46,252 nucleotides of DNA, from positions 1 to 46,252 of the forward strand of contig JAEENW010000084.1 in NCBI GenBank assembly GCA_016283945.1. The letters are read 5' to 3'. The stretch is from Bacillota bacterium (GTDB lineage Bacteria; Bacillota; Clostridia; Peptostreptococcales; Anaerovoracaceae). The notes beneath the pieces are model-generated. The model was not told the DNA's origin. It did no database searches and saw nothing but the letters and a program-made list of their open reading frames with translations. Shown piece after piece: positions 17,952 through 26,373 of this stretch. A program made the position numbers and the translations under genes. The first letter of the stretch is position 1; the number at the start of each line of letters is the position of its first letter.

Positions 17952-20900
17952 ATGAGACTAAGCAAACGGATCCTTTCACTTTTCCTCTGTTTTGCCCTGA
18001 TCCTGCCGATGCTGCAGCTCCCGGCCTTCGCGGCCGAGGATGAGGCCGTCAGCATCGACAACGGATACATAGAGGCCAGCGTGTCGCTCAAGAACGGCGG
18101 TTTCCTCATCAAGACCGTCGAGGGCGACCTCCTGGAGAAGTCCGACAACAACAAGAAGCTGCTCTACCACAACGGGCACTACGACACCTCGTTCGTGTCC
18201 TTCAGGGTGGGCAGCGGCAAGGATGCCAGAGACTATCTCTTCGGAGGCAAGTACCCAGGCTCCAGCGGCGTCACCGTCGCGAAGACCGCCGGCGGCGAGA
18301 TCGCCGCGGTCTGGAGCGTGGACGGCATCACCTTCACCCAGCTCATATCGCTGGCTGAGGACAACTCCAACGAGCACGGAATGGTCTCGATAAGCCTGTC
18401 CGCCCGCAACGACAGCGGCAGGGCGGTCCCCGTCAAGGCGCGCGTCCTGCTGGACACCTGCCTGGGCGACAAGGACTACTCGTACTACCAGTTCACGGGC
18501 ATGGACTACACCCAGACCCTTGACCAGGAGCAGATCATCACCGATCCCGTGACCATCAGGAGCTTCTACTCGATAGACGACGTCGCCGATCCCAGGATCG
18601 CCGCCTACGTGGTCTCCGAGCCTGAGAAGGTCGCGATCGGCCACTGGAACGACCTGGCCTCGAGCCTCTTCGACTTCGCGCCGGACGAGGGGATGGGCTT
18701 CACCAACATATCCAACGAATTCCTCACCGCCGACAGCGCCTGCGCGATGTACTACGACCTCGGCACCGTCGCCAGCGGCGGAGCGGGCTCCGCGCTGCTG
18801 TTCTACGGCATCTACTCGAACAGCAAGGTCAAGCTGCAGAACAGCGTAGCGATCAACGCGGTCGCGCCCATGCGCCTGCAGCTCAACGGCGACAGGAGCG
18901 GCTACGTCAGGGAGAGCAGCGTCGGACAAGCCGACTTCTCCGTGACCGTCAGCGCCGAGAACTACAAGAGCGACAGCTCCCGCAAGCTCAGGGACGTCAA
19001 GCTCGCCGTGACCAGCACGAGCGGCCTGCGCCCCCTGAGCGACAGCGGGCAGCCCGTGAGCGGCCTCGACTTCAGCAGCGCCTCGCCGCTCACCGTTCCC
19101 TACGCCGAGATAGAGGAGGGCGAGACGGTCACCAAGACCGTGCACTTCCAGGCCAAGCCGCTCGAATCCGCGAGCTATGAGCGCATCACCATAGGCATGT
19201 ACGAGGGCGAGATCACAGGCGACAAGCTGCTCGGAGAGAAGGTCATATACCTGCTGCTGCCCGGGAATGACGGAAACATACCCAAGATCGGCTTCATCTC
19301 CATGAAGCCCGACACGGTCTACAACTCCGGCACCAGGCATCTCTACGCCGCCGTGAGCAACGACGTGCTGCTCGACGACTCTCTCTCCGCCGGCAACGCC
19401 GCCTTCAAGGCTTACAGCACCGACGGCAAGAAGTCCTGGAGCATACCCGCGTCGAACATAACCGTCAACGATGGCATCGCGGACATAGTGCTCGACGGCG
19501 AGCTGGAGCTGCCCGTGGGCAACTACTACCTGCAGCTCGAGTGGAGCGACGCCGCGGTTGACAAGGAGATCGTCGAGGCCAGGCATCAGAAGCAGACCGC
19601 CGAGTGCCTGAAGTTCGGCATCTCCGACAACCCGAAGTACAGGAACGACAGCTACGGAGTCCTCGCCGTGGTCAAGTACGGAAAGGGCACGGCGGACGTT
19701 CCATACTACTACCGCATAGAGAGGTTCGCCGACGAGGCGGGCTTCCAGAGCTTCTCCTCCGCGAAGGATCACGCCTGGAAGGAGATACTCATAGTCCTGC
19801 GCGGAGCCTTCACCGCCGACAACCGCTACCTCGTCAAGGAGAACGGCAAGACCACCGGAGGGCTCTACTACTCCGCGGTCAGCAAGAAGGTCGTGGATCC
19901 CAGGACCAGGAAGGAAAAGATCGACAACCCCGTCACGATCAACAACTGCGTCGACTTCGAGGGCGGGACCATCTCCATATACTACGAGAACTACGAGCAG
20001 GGCGTTTCCGGCGCTCTCGGCTCGCCTATACTGGTCGAGATCGACGGCGAGCTCTACACGAGCGGAGCCAGGACCTCGGTGTGGACAGGCAAGGCGGCTC
20101 TGACCAAGATAGAGCAGGGCAACGACTACTCGCTCATCCGCTACACGGCCAACGGAGTGCGCAAGCAGAGCAATTCAACGCCCATAACCCTGATCTGGCC
20201 GAACGTCTTCAGCGTGGCTCAGACCATCGCGGGCATGGTGTTCAAGCTGGCATACGGCCAGTTCGGAGTCATGGAGGTGGACGGCAAGGAGGCCGACAGG
20301 GTCATATCCTTCAGCGCCGGCCTGTCCCTGAGCTTCCTCAGCGTCGCAGATGACGACGATACCGACTACGGCACGGCGAGCTACTTCGGCCGCATGCAGG
20401 AGCTATGGAAGGACTGGCGGGGAGCGAGCATATACCAGTACGCTTACCACGGCAGCCGCTTCGAGAAGCTCACAGACCTGAGCATGAACGACCGCAACGC
20501 GGCGCCTGACACCCAGAAGGGCGCGCAGGCCTCGGTCATGATACAGGACATACTCTTCGGAAAGGAAGGACTGGTCGGGCTCAACTTCGAGGTCGACGTA
20601 ACCATACGCAACGTCATCGAGAACTTCGCCGCCATCGAGGGCAAACTCTCCATCAACACCATCAACGACTGGTCCTTCGGCCTCGCGGGCAACTGCAAGA
20701 TGACCGACAAGATCAAGATGGAGGCGAAGCTCAGCTTCAAGAGCAAGAACGACATACCCATCCCCGACGAGCTCTACTTCTACATAGGCGGGATCAAGCC
20801 GGGACTCAACGCCGACGGCTGCGGCGTCATCTGGATAACCGGAGCCGGCGGAGGCTTCTCCAACCTCTACGACACGATATTCTGCACGAGCGGGCTTCCG

Positions 20901-23900
20901 CCCCTCAAGCTGATAATGACCCTGAGCTTCAGCTTGATCCAGGTCCTCGACGGAACGGGCAAGCTGGAGATGTCCCTGAACGGTTTCACGCTGACCGGCA
21001 CCGACATCAAGGTCGCCGACACGATCGAGGTCATCAAGAAGGTGCAGCTGGGCTTCCAGTGGCTTCCCGACCTCAAGCTCCACGCGGCGATCTCCGTGAG
21101 CATGTTCGAGAAGTGCATCGAGGGCAACGGCTACATCATACTGGTCGGCAAGGATTACAGCGACTGGTTCTTCGAGATGTTCCTCAGAGCCGCGGTGAAG
21201 ATCCCCGCGTCGGTCCCCGCCGTTGGCGGCATGAACATCGCGGCGGCTGACCTGGGCATTAACACCGAGAAGATCTGGGGCGCCGTGGAGGTCGTCAAGA
21301 TCTACACCGGCATCACCTACTACTGGGGCGAGGAGGGAGTCAAGTTCGGCTCCTCCGGAGACAAGGCCTATCCGACCTATCCGAACCTCCTCTTCCAGGG
21401 CACCGGCGAGAAGGAGGGCGGCTATCCCGTAGCCTACGACGAGGAGAACGACCGCACCCTCTACATGAAGGTCGGCACCAACTTCGAGGCGCCGAGCTTC
21501 GCTCAGCCCATGTCCGAAGGCGACCTGATCCTGATGGACGCCAGGGGCATATGGTCTGACGGAGACAAGACCGCCCACAAGTTCAACCTGGGCGACTACA
21601 GAAGCGGGAACACCCAGTCCATGATCCAGATAAGCTTCGACGCCGAAAGCCTCGAGGAGGCCAGGGCGCTCGCCGCGGGCTTCAGCGTGACTGACGCGAA
21701 GGGCGGCGGAAACGAGCTGCCTCTGACCTTCTACGACGGAAGCAACATCGACGAGGCCGACGCGAACGTCACCTGGTACGAGGGTAAGGCGAGCATGGGC
21801 TTCTCCGTGACCGACCCGGCGCACTTCGGAAAGAACTGGTTCATAAGCACCGGAAGCGCCGCAGCGGACGTGCTGATGTACAACGTGCAGCCTCTGCCCG
21901 AGCTCGATTCCGTGTCGGCCGGCGGCGCGCTCGCCGCAGGCGGCAGCGCGGAGATCAGCTGGACCGGAAGTGCCCTTGACGAGCTCGACAGCGTAAGCTT
22001 CTTCCTCGCGGAGAGCGACGATCCCTCGAGCGACGCGGGCTATCCCCTCACCGGGGAGGACGGCTACGGCAGCCTTACCGACAGCGCCGTCATCTGCGGC
22101 GGAAGCGCCTCGCTGACCGTCCCGGCAGACATCCCCGCGGGGGACTACCTCGTGAGGGCGGTCTACTCCAAGGACGACCAGGTCAACGGAGTGATCCACA
22201 GCTCCTCCAGAGTGAGGCTCACCAACGACAACACCCCGGCCGCGATAGACAGCCTGAGCATAGCCTCCGCCGGAGACCTGAAGTTCAGCGTCACCGTGCC
22301 CGAGCCGGCTGACAGCGTGACCACGGTCTACGCGGTCAGCGTCTATGACGAGGACGGAAACGCGACCGACATAACCGATATGACCGTCGAGAAGGCGGAA
22401 GACGGCGCCACCCGCTTCGAGGTGGGCGGAAGCTATACCGCTCCAGTAAAGGCCGACGGCAGCGATCCCGACTCCGCCACCAGAGGCAGCGAGGTCTTCG
22501 GGCTCGAAGGCGGCAGGCGCTACATCATAGGCGTCACCCCCTGCGCGGCCGTTGACAGCGACGGCGACGGCGAGGCCGATACCATGGTGTACGGCAGGGA
22601 ATACCTCAGCCAGGCCGTGCTGCTCCCCGAGGCCGTGACCCCGGAGGTCAGGCTCAGCGCCGGCGGGAAGACCCTCACGTCTATAAGCGGCATGGCTGAC
22701 GGCGCCGCTGAGACCGTATTCGGAGAGAGCAGCCTCGACTTCAGCGCCAGCTTCTCCGAGGCCGTCAGCGGGACCTGGATCCTGGACGACAGCGGAGCCT
22801 TCGGAGAAGGGGAGGAGGGCGCCGGCGGAAGCTTCGGCCCCGCCCAGAGCGCGTCCTTCAGGATAGAAGGCCTGAGCGATGGCACTCACACCCTGACGCT
22901 CAGGGGCAGCGCGCTGGACGGAGACCGCTTCTCCGAGTCCTACAGCTTCACGGTGGATACCGAGGCTCCCAGGCTCATGATAAGCTCCCCGCTGAGCGGC
23001 AGCGCCTTCGGGGAGGGCGGACGCCTGCTCATCGAGGGCATCAGCTCCCCGGACGCCCTGCTTAGCGTAAGCATAGACGGCAGGCCCGTTATAAGCGGCA
23101 AGACCGTCTCTCAGGCCGGAGGAAGCATCGACAGCGAGGGCATCTTCTCCATAGAGCTCTCCATCCCCGAGTACAACAGCCGCGCCTCCCACAGCGTGAC
23201 GATCGCGGCTGAGGACGTAAACGGAAACAGCACCGAGCCCTACGAGGCCTTCGTCGTCAACCCGGCGCTCGGCGACCTCGCCGAGATCGTCATCATGGCT
23301 GACGGCACGGAGCCCCCGGAAGGAAACATCGACACTTCCGCCGCCGGCAGCGCCTCTCTCAGCCTCGCGGGCATCACGTCCAAGGGCATGCGCTTCGCGC
23401 TCGATCCCGACATGGTGCTCTGGAGCGCCAGCGCGGCCGAAGGCGAAGCGGTCGTCAGCAGCGACGGAAAGCTCAGCTACGCCGCGTCCACCAAGGGCTT
23501 CGTGACCGCGATGGTCGAGATCTCGTCCGGAGCTTACCGCAGCGCCTACCTGACGCTCGGCTCCGACAGCGCCGAGGGCTTCGTATCCGTGAGCTCCACC
23601 ATAGGCGGAAGCGCCTCGGGCGGCGGCTACTACGCGCCCGGCTCCGCGGTCGTCCTCAGAGCGTCGGCCGATACCGGCTACGCCTTCAAGGGCTGGCAGA
23701 TCAGCGGCGTCAGCGTCGCAGACAGCTCCGCGGCCGAGATAAGCTTCACCATGCCGGCGGGCAGCGTCAGCGCCAAAGCTCTGTTCGAGAGTGAAGGCGG
23801 TCCCAAGCCCCAGCCCGCGCCTTCGGGCGGCTCGGGCAGCGATTCCGTTCTCGGTTATAAGGACATCCCCGAGGGCGCCGATCCAATGCGCTACGTGGCG

Positions 23901-24569
23901 GTCTACACGGACGCCGGCGGCAGCGTAAAGACAGTGCCGATGTCCGCGGTCGACGGCAGAACGCTCATCTACCTGAAGCCCGAGGGAGATGCGGTGCGCT
24001 TCGAGGAGCGCCCGGCAGCCTTCAGCGACATAGAAGGGCACTGGGCAAAGGACTACGTCATAAGGGCGGCGGCGAGCGGCCTCTTCTCCGGAGTAGGCGA
24101 AGGAAAGTTCGATCCTCAGGGGACCATGACGAGGGCCATGTTCGTCACCGTGCTGTACCGCCTCGCGGGCAGTCCGAAGACGGGCGGAAGCTGCCGCTTC
24201 ACGGACGTCGCGAAGGGCTCCTGGTACGAGATCCCCGTGATCTGGGCTCAGGAGGGCGGCATCGTCAGCGGAGTCAGCGAGACCTCGTTCGACCCGAACG
24301 GAAGCGTGACCAGGGAGCAGATGTGCGCGCTGGTCGCGAGATACATACGCTCCGCGGGCTATAAGCTCGAGCTCGGCGTGAAGAAGAGCTTCACTGACGC
24401 GGCGAGCATCGCCTCCTGGGCAGCCGAAGATGTTGAGTTCTGCCAGAGGGCCGGCATCATCGAAGGAAAGTCCGGCGGCGGCTTCGATCCGAAGGGCTTC
24501 GCGACCCGCGCGGAAAACGCGGCGGTCATGAGGCGTCTGACGGAGGCCGTTATCCGCAGCCTGCGTTGA
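17952..24569 (+). CDS. giant secreted S-layer-homology protein (2205 aa)
   Basis: GGAGG RBS; ATG lies 12 nt after the stop of the previous gene. Signal peptide MRLSKRILSLFLCFALILPMLQLPAFA/AEDE. Three C-terminal SLH repeats. One D-T-E-A-P Ig-type boundary. Confidence 0.9.
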   Translation: MRLSKRILSLFLCFALILPMLQLPAFAAEDEAVSIDNGYIEASVSLKNGGFLIKTVEGDLLEKSDNNKKLLYHNGHYDTSFVSFRVGSGKDARDYLFGGKYPGSSGVTVAKTAGGEIAAVWSVDGITFTQLISLAEDNSNEHGMVSISLSARNDSGRAVPVKARVLLDTCLGDKDYSYYQFTGMDYTQTLDQEQIITDPVTIRSFYSIDDVADPRIAAYVVSEPEKVAIGHWNDLASSLFDFAPDEGMGFTNISNEFLTADSACAMYYDLGTVASGGAGSALLFYGIYSNSKVKLQNSVAINAVAPMRLQLNGDRSGYVRESSVGQADFSVTVSAENYKSDSSRKLRDVKLAVTSTSGLRPLSDSGQPVSGLDFSSASPLTVPYAEIEEGETVTKTVHFQAKPLESASYERITIGMYEGEITGDKLLGEKVIYLLLPGNDGNIPKIGFISMKPDTVYNSGTRHLYAAVSNDVLLDDSLSAGNAAFKAYSTDGKKSWSIPASNITVNDGIADIVLDGELELPVGNYYLQLEWSDAAVDKEIVEARHQKQTAECLKFGISDNPKYRNDSYGVLAVVKYGKGTADVPYYYRIERFADEAGFQSFSSAKDHAWKEILIVLRGAFTADNRYLVKENGKTTGGLYYSAVSKKVVDPRTRKEKIDNPVTINNCVDFEGGTISIYYENYEQGVSGALGSPILVEIDGELYTSGARTSVWTGKAALTKIEQGNDYSLIRYTANGVRKQSNSTPITLIWPNVFSVAQTIAGMVFKLAYGQFGVMEVDGKEADRVISFSAGLSLSFLSVADDDDTDYGTASYFGRMQELWKDWRGASIYQYAYHGSRFEKLTDLSMNDRNAAPDTQKGAQASVMIQDILFGKEGLVGLNFEVDVTIRNVIENFAAIEGKLSINTINDWSFGLAGNCKMTDKIKMEAKLSFKSKNDIPIPDELYFYIGGIKPGLNADGCGVIWITGAGGGFSNLYDTIFCTSGLPPLKLIMTLSFSLIQVLDGTGKLEMSLNGFTLTGTDIKVADTIEVIKKVQLGFQWLPDLKLHAAISVSMFEKCIEGNGYIILVGKDYSDWFFEMFLRAAVKIPASVPAVGGMNIAAADLGINTEKIWGAVEVVKIYTGITYYWGEEGVKFGSSGDKAYPTYPNLLFQGTGEKEGGYPVAYDEENDRTLYMKVGTNFEAPSFAQPMSEGDLILMDARGIWSDGDKTAHKFNLGDYRSGNTQSMIQISFDAESLEEARALAAGFSVTDAKGGGNELPLTFYDGSNIDEADANVTWYEGKASMGFSVTDPAHFGKNWFISTGSAAADVLMYNVQPLPELDSVSAGGALAAGGSAEISWTGSALDELDSVSFFLAESDDPSSDAGYPLTGEDGYGSLTDSAVICGGSASLTVPADIPAGDYLVRAVYSKDDQVNGVIHSSSRVRLTNDNTPAAIDSLSIASAGDLKFSVTVPEPADSVTTVYAVSVYDEDGNATDITDMTVEKAEDGATRFEVGGSYTAPVKADGSDPDSATRGSEVFGLEGGRRYIIGVTPCAAVDSDGDGEADTMVYGREYLSQAVLLPEAVTPEVRLSAGGKTLTSISGMADGAAETVFGESSLDFSASFSEAVSGTWILDDSGAFGEGEEGAGGSFGPAQSASFRIEGLSDGTHTLTLRGSALDGDRFSESYSFTVDTEAPRLMISSPLSGSAFGEGGRLLIEGISSPDALLSVSIDGRPVISGKTVSQAGGSIDSEGIFSIELSIPEYNSRASHSVTIAAEDVNGNSTEPYEAFVVNPALGDLAEIVIMADGTEPPEGNIDTSAAGSASLSLAGITSKGMRFALDPDMVLWSASAAEGEAVVSSDGKLSYAASTKGFVTAMVEISSGAYRSAYLTLGSDSAEGFVSVSSTIGGSASGGGYYAPGSAVVLRASADTGYAFKGWQISGVSVADSSAAEISFTMPAGSVSAKALFESEGGPKPQPAPSGGSGSDSVLGYKDIPEGADPMRYVAVYTDAGGSVKTVPMSAVDGRTLIYLKPEGDAVRFEERPAAFSDIEGHWAKDYVIRAAASGLFSGVGEGKFDPQGTMTRAMFVTVLYRLAGSPKTGGSCRFTDVAKGSWYEIPVIWAQEGGIVSGVSETSFDPNGSVTREQMCALVARYIRSAGYKLELGVKKSFTDAASIASWAAEDVEFCQRAGIIEGKSGGGFDPKGFATRAENAAVMRRLTEAVIRSLR
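23577..23789 (+). other. divergent InlB B-repeat-like domain in the 2205-aa protein
   Basis: GFVSVSSTIGGSASGGGYYAPGSAVVLRASADTGYAFKGWQISGVSV...AKALFE fits the G.V...G.Y..GS.V.L.A....GY.F.GW pattern. Confidence 0.5.
24021..24566 (+). other. three tandem SLH (S-layer homology) domains
   Basis: The three repeats are FSDIEGHWAKDYVIRAAASGLFSGVGEGKFDPQGTMTRAMFVTVLYRL, FTDVAKGSWYEIPVIWAQEGGIVSGVSETSFDPNGSVTREQMCALVARY and FTDAASIASWAAEDVEFCQRAGIIEGKSGGGFDPKGFATRAENAAVMRRL. Confidence 0.9.
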
Positions 24570-24648
24570 TCGGGATCCGCTTATAAACGGGACACGAGCT
24601 GAAAGGCATCCTCCGTGACATACTGCCTGCGCTGATCGGGGATACAGG

Positions 24649-26211
24649 ATGGAAAAAACAACTATCAAAAAATCGATACGGCGCATAGCGCTGCTGCTCA
24701 CAGTGCTTCTGGCGCTGGCGGGGTCCTCCGATGCGGCGTTCGCAGTAAACGCGGACGCCGCTCCCCCGGCATGCCCCCGCGTCCGTATCGCCTTCATAGA
24801 CAGCGGGATCAGCACCAGGCACATAGACGAGAGCCTGGTCGAGCCCGGAAGAAACTACGTTTTCCCTGAAGCGGATACCCGGGACAGGATAGGCCACGGC
24901 ACCGCTGCCGCGAGCCTCGTGCTTGGTTCCGCCGATCAGGGAGTGCCCGGAGCGCCTTGCTTCGCTCCGGAAAACGGCCAGGGGAGCTTCGCTGAAGACT
25001 TCTCCGGCCTGCCTGAAGAGCATCTCCCCGTCCCCCCAGGGGCGATGAAAGCAGCCGCGGCCGTCCCGCTCGTAGTCATCGACGCCTATCCTACGGGCGC
25101 GATAAAAAACGGCGGGACGGAAGCGCTCTGCCGCGCGATCTTCGACGCGGTGGACGAATTCGGCTGCAGCATTATAAACATAAGCCTTTCGACCTCCGAG
25201 GACAGCGAGGAGCTAAGGAGAGCCTGCGCCTACGCGGAGGAGAAGGGCGTAGTCATAGTGAGCGCCGCGGGAAACGACGGAGAAGGCGGACCTGCATACT
25301 ACCCGGCGGCCTACGGCAGCGTGATATCCGTGGGAAGCTCCAGCGGCGGCGCCGCGGCCGGCTTCTCGGGAAACGGAGCGTACGTGCTGGCTGAGGGCGT
25401 CGATCTGACTGCGGCGAGCTGCAGGAACGGGAGCGCTCCCGTGACGGTGAGCGGGACATCTTACTCCTGCGCGATCGTGACCGGCGTCTGCGCCGGGATC
25501 AGGGCGCGTTATCCGGACATGACGCCTGCTGAGGTCCGCGAGGCGCTCGCGCAGCTTGCCGAGGACATGTACGAGCCCGGCTTCGACGCGAGGAGCGGCT
25601 GGGGAAGGGTCTCGAGGGACGCTGAGGTCCCGTATCCCTTCAGGGATCTGCCTGCCGGAAGCCAATATCTGGAAGCGGCTCTGTCCCTGTCCGGGATGGG
25701 CATTATGAACGGCTGCGGCGGGCTCTTCATGCCGGACGCCCCGATGACGAGGGCTATGACGGTCTGCGCTCTGCACAGGCTGGCCGGAAGCCCCGAGCCG
25801 GCGGGGTACGCGAAGCGCGTCGAGGACAGCGAAGCAGATCGGCCCGCTGAGGAAGCGAAATCGGCTGATGCAGGGCATTCTGTGGAAGCCGCGTTGCCGG
25901 ATGAATGGTACTCCGAAGCCGCCATGTGGGCGGCTGAGCAGGGGATAACAGAGAGCGTCGGATCCGCGCCCGGTGAGGCCGTCAGCGCGGAGCAGCTCCG
26001 GGCCGCTCTGAAGAGAATGGCTGAGATACTGAATGTCAGTGCGGTGATAGAAGACGGGGCTGCGGAAGACGAGACTTGTGCAGATCCCGCGGAGCATGAG
26101 ATGCCGGAAGGACCGGCAGATACCGCGGAGCCCGCGGTATCCGGAAAGCCGCTGACGCGCGGTGAAGCCGCGCTGATGATCGAAGCGTTCACGAGGATCA
26201 TGGAACCCTGA
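24649..26211 (+). CDS. secreted S8-family (subtilisin-like) serine protease with C-terminal SLH-type repeats
   Basis: Signal peptide ...LALAGSSDAAFA. Catalytic Asp (IAFIDSGIS), His (GHGTAAASLV), oxyanion Asn (SAAGNDG) and Ser (SGTSYSCAIVTG). C-terminal FRDLPAGSQYLEAALSLSGMGIMNGCGGLFMPDAPMTRAMTVCALHRL is one clear SLH, followed by two degenerate SLH-like units. Confidence 0.85.
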   Translation: MEKTTIKKSIRRIALLLTVLLALAGSSDAAFAVNADAAPPACPRVRIAFIDSGISTRHIDESLVEPGRNYVFPEADTRDRIGHGTAAASLVLGSADQGVPGAPCFAPENGQGSFAEDFSGLPEEHLPVPPGAMKAAAAVPLVVIDAYPTGAIKNGGTEALCRAIFDAVDEFGCSIINISLSTSEDSEELRRACAYAEEKGVVIVSAAGNDGEGGPAYYPAAYGSVISVGSSSGGAAAGFSGNGAYVLAEGVDLTAASCRNGSAPVTVSGTSYSCAIVTGVCAGIRARYPDMTPAEVREALAQLAEDMYEPGFDARSGWGRVSRDAEVPYPFRDLPAGSQYLEAALSLSGMGIMNGCGGLFMPDAPMTRAMTVCALHRLAGSPEPAGYAKRVEDSEADRPAEEAKSADAGHSVEAALPDEWYSEAAMWAAEQGITESVGSAPGEAVSAEQLRAALKRMAEILNVSAVIEDGAAEDETCADPAEHEMPEGPADTAEPAVSGKPLTRGEAALMIEAFTRIMEP

Positions 26212-26294
26212 GAACGGCAAGACGTTGTGAACACACCCGGACCTGCCCAAGGCGGCCGTTTCAGGCCTCCGGCGGCGGCAGGGGATAAGAAGAG

Positions 26295-26329
26295 CCGGGG
26301 CGCTGAAGGACGGCGCTCCGGTTGTGTTT
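26295..26329 (+). terminator. rho-independent terminator after the S8 protease gene
   Basis: CCGGGGCGC / GCGCTCCGG 9-bp stem (one G-U pair) followed by TTGTGTTT. The complementary side is followed by a T-rich CTCTTCTTAT, so it may act in both directions. Confidence 0.6.
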
Positions 26330-26333
26330 AAAA

Positions 26334-26373
26334 CCGATAACTATTCCTAAAATCATAATTTTCGGTATAGTTA
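26334..26373 (+). repeat. AT-rich 40-nt motif, copy A (second copy at 39317-39355)
   Basis: CCGATAACTATTCCTAAAATCATAATTTTCGGTATAGTTA versus CCGATATATTCCTAAAATATCATATTTTCGGTATTCTTA. The two are collinear, with only three short indels and two substitutions. Confidence 0.8.

Noticed and set aside
10062-24569. Polymorphic toxin, RHS, T7SS or sortase-anchored adhesin interpretation of the giant genes
   Set aside because: I saw no RHS/YD repeats, no LXG or WXG, no C-terminal toxin-plus-immunity pair, and no LPXTG or sortase gene. The only anchor signal is SLH, which points to an S-layer-associated structure.
20403-24824. 1473-codon ORF on the minus strand spanning the 3' two-thirds of the 2205-aa gene and the start of the S8 gene
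   Set aside because: It is antisense to a frame with recognisable domains (three SLH repeats, an InlB-B-like repeat, a signal peptide). Its product is Ala/Gly/Arg/Val/Asp-rich with no motifs, and it crosses an intergenic spacer. It is a shadow frame: a GC3-biased genome rarely uses the sense codons whose complements are stops.
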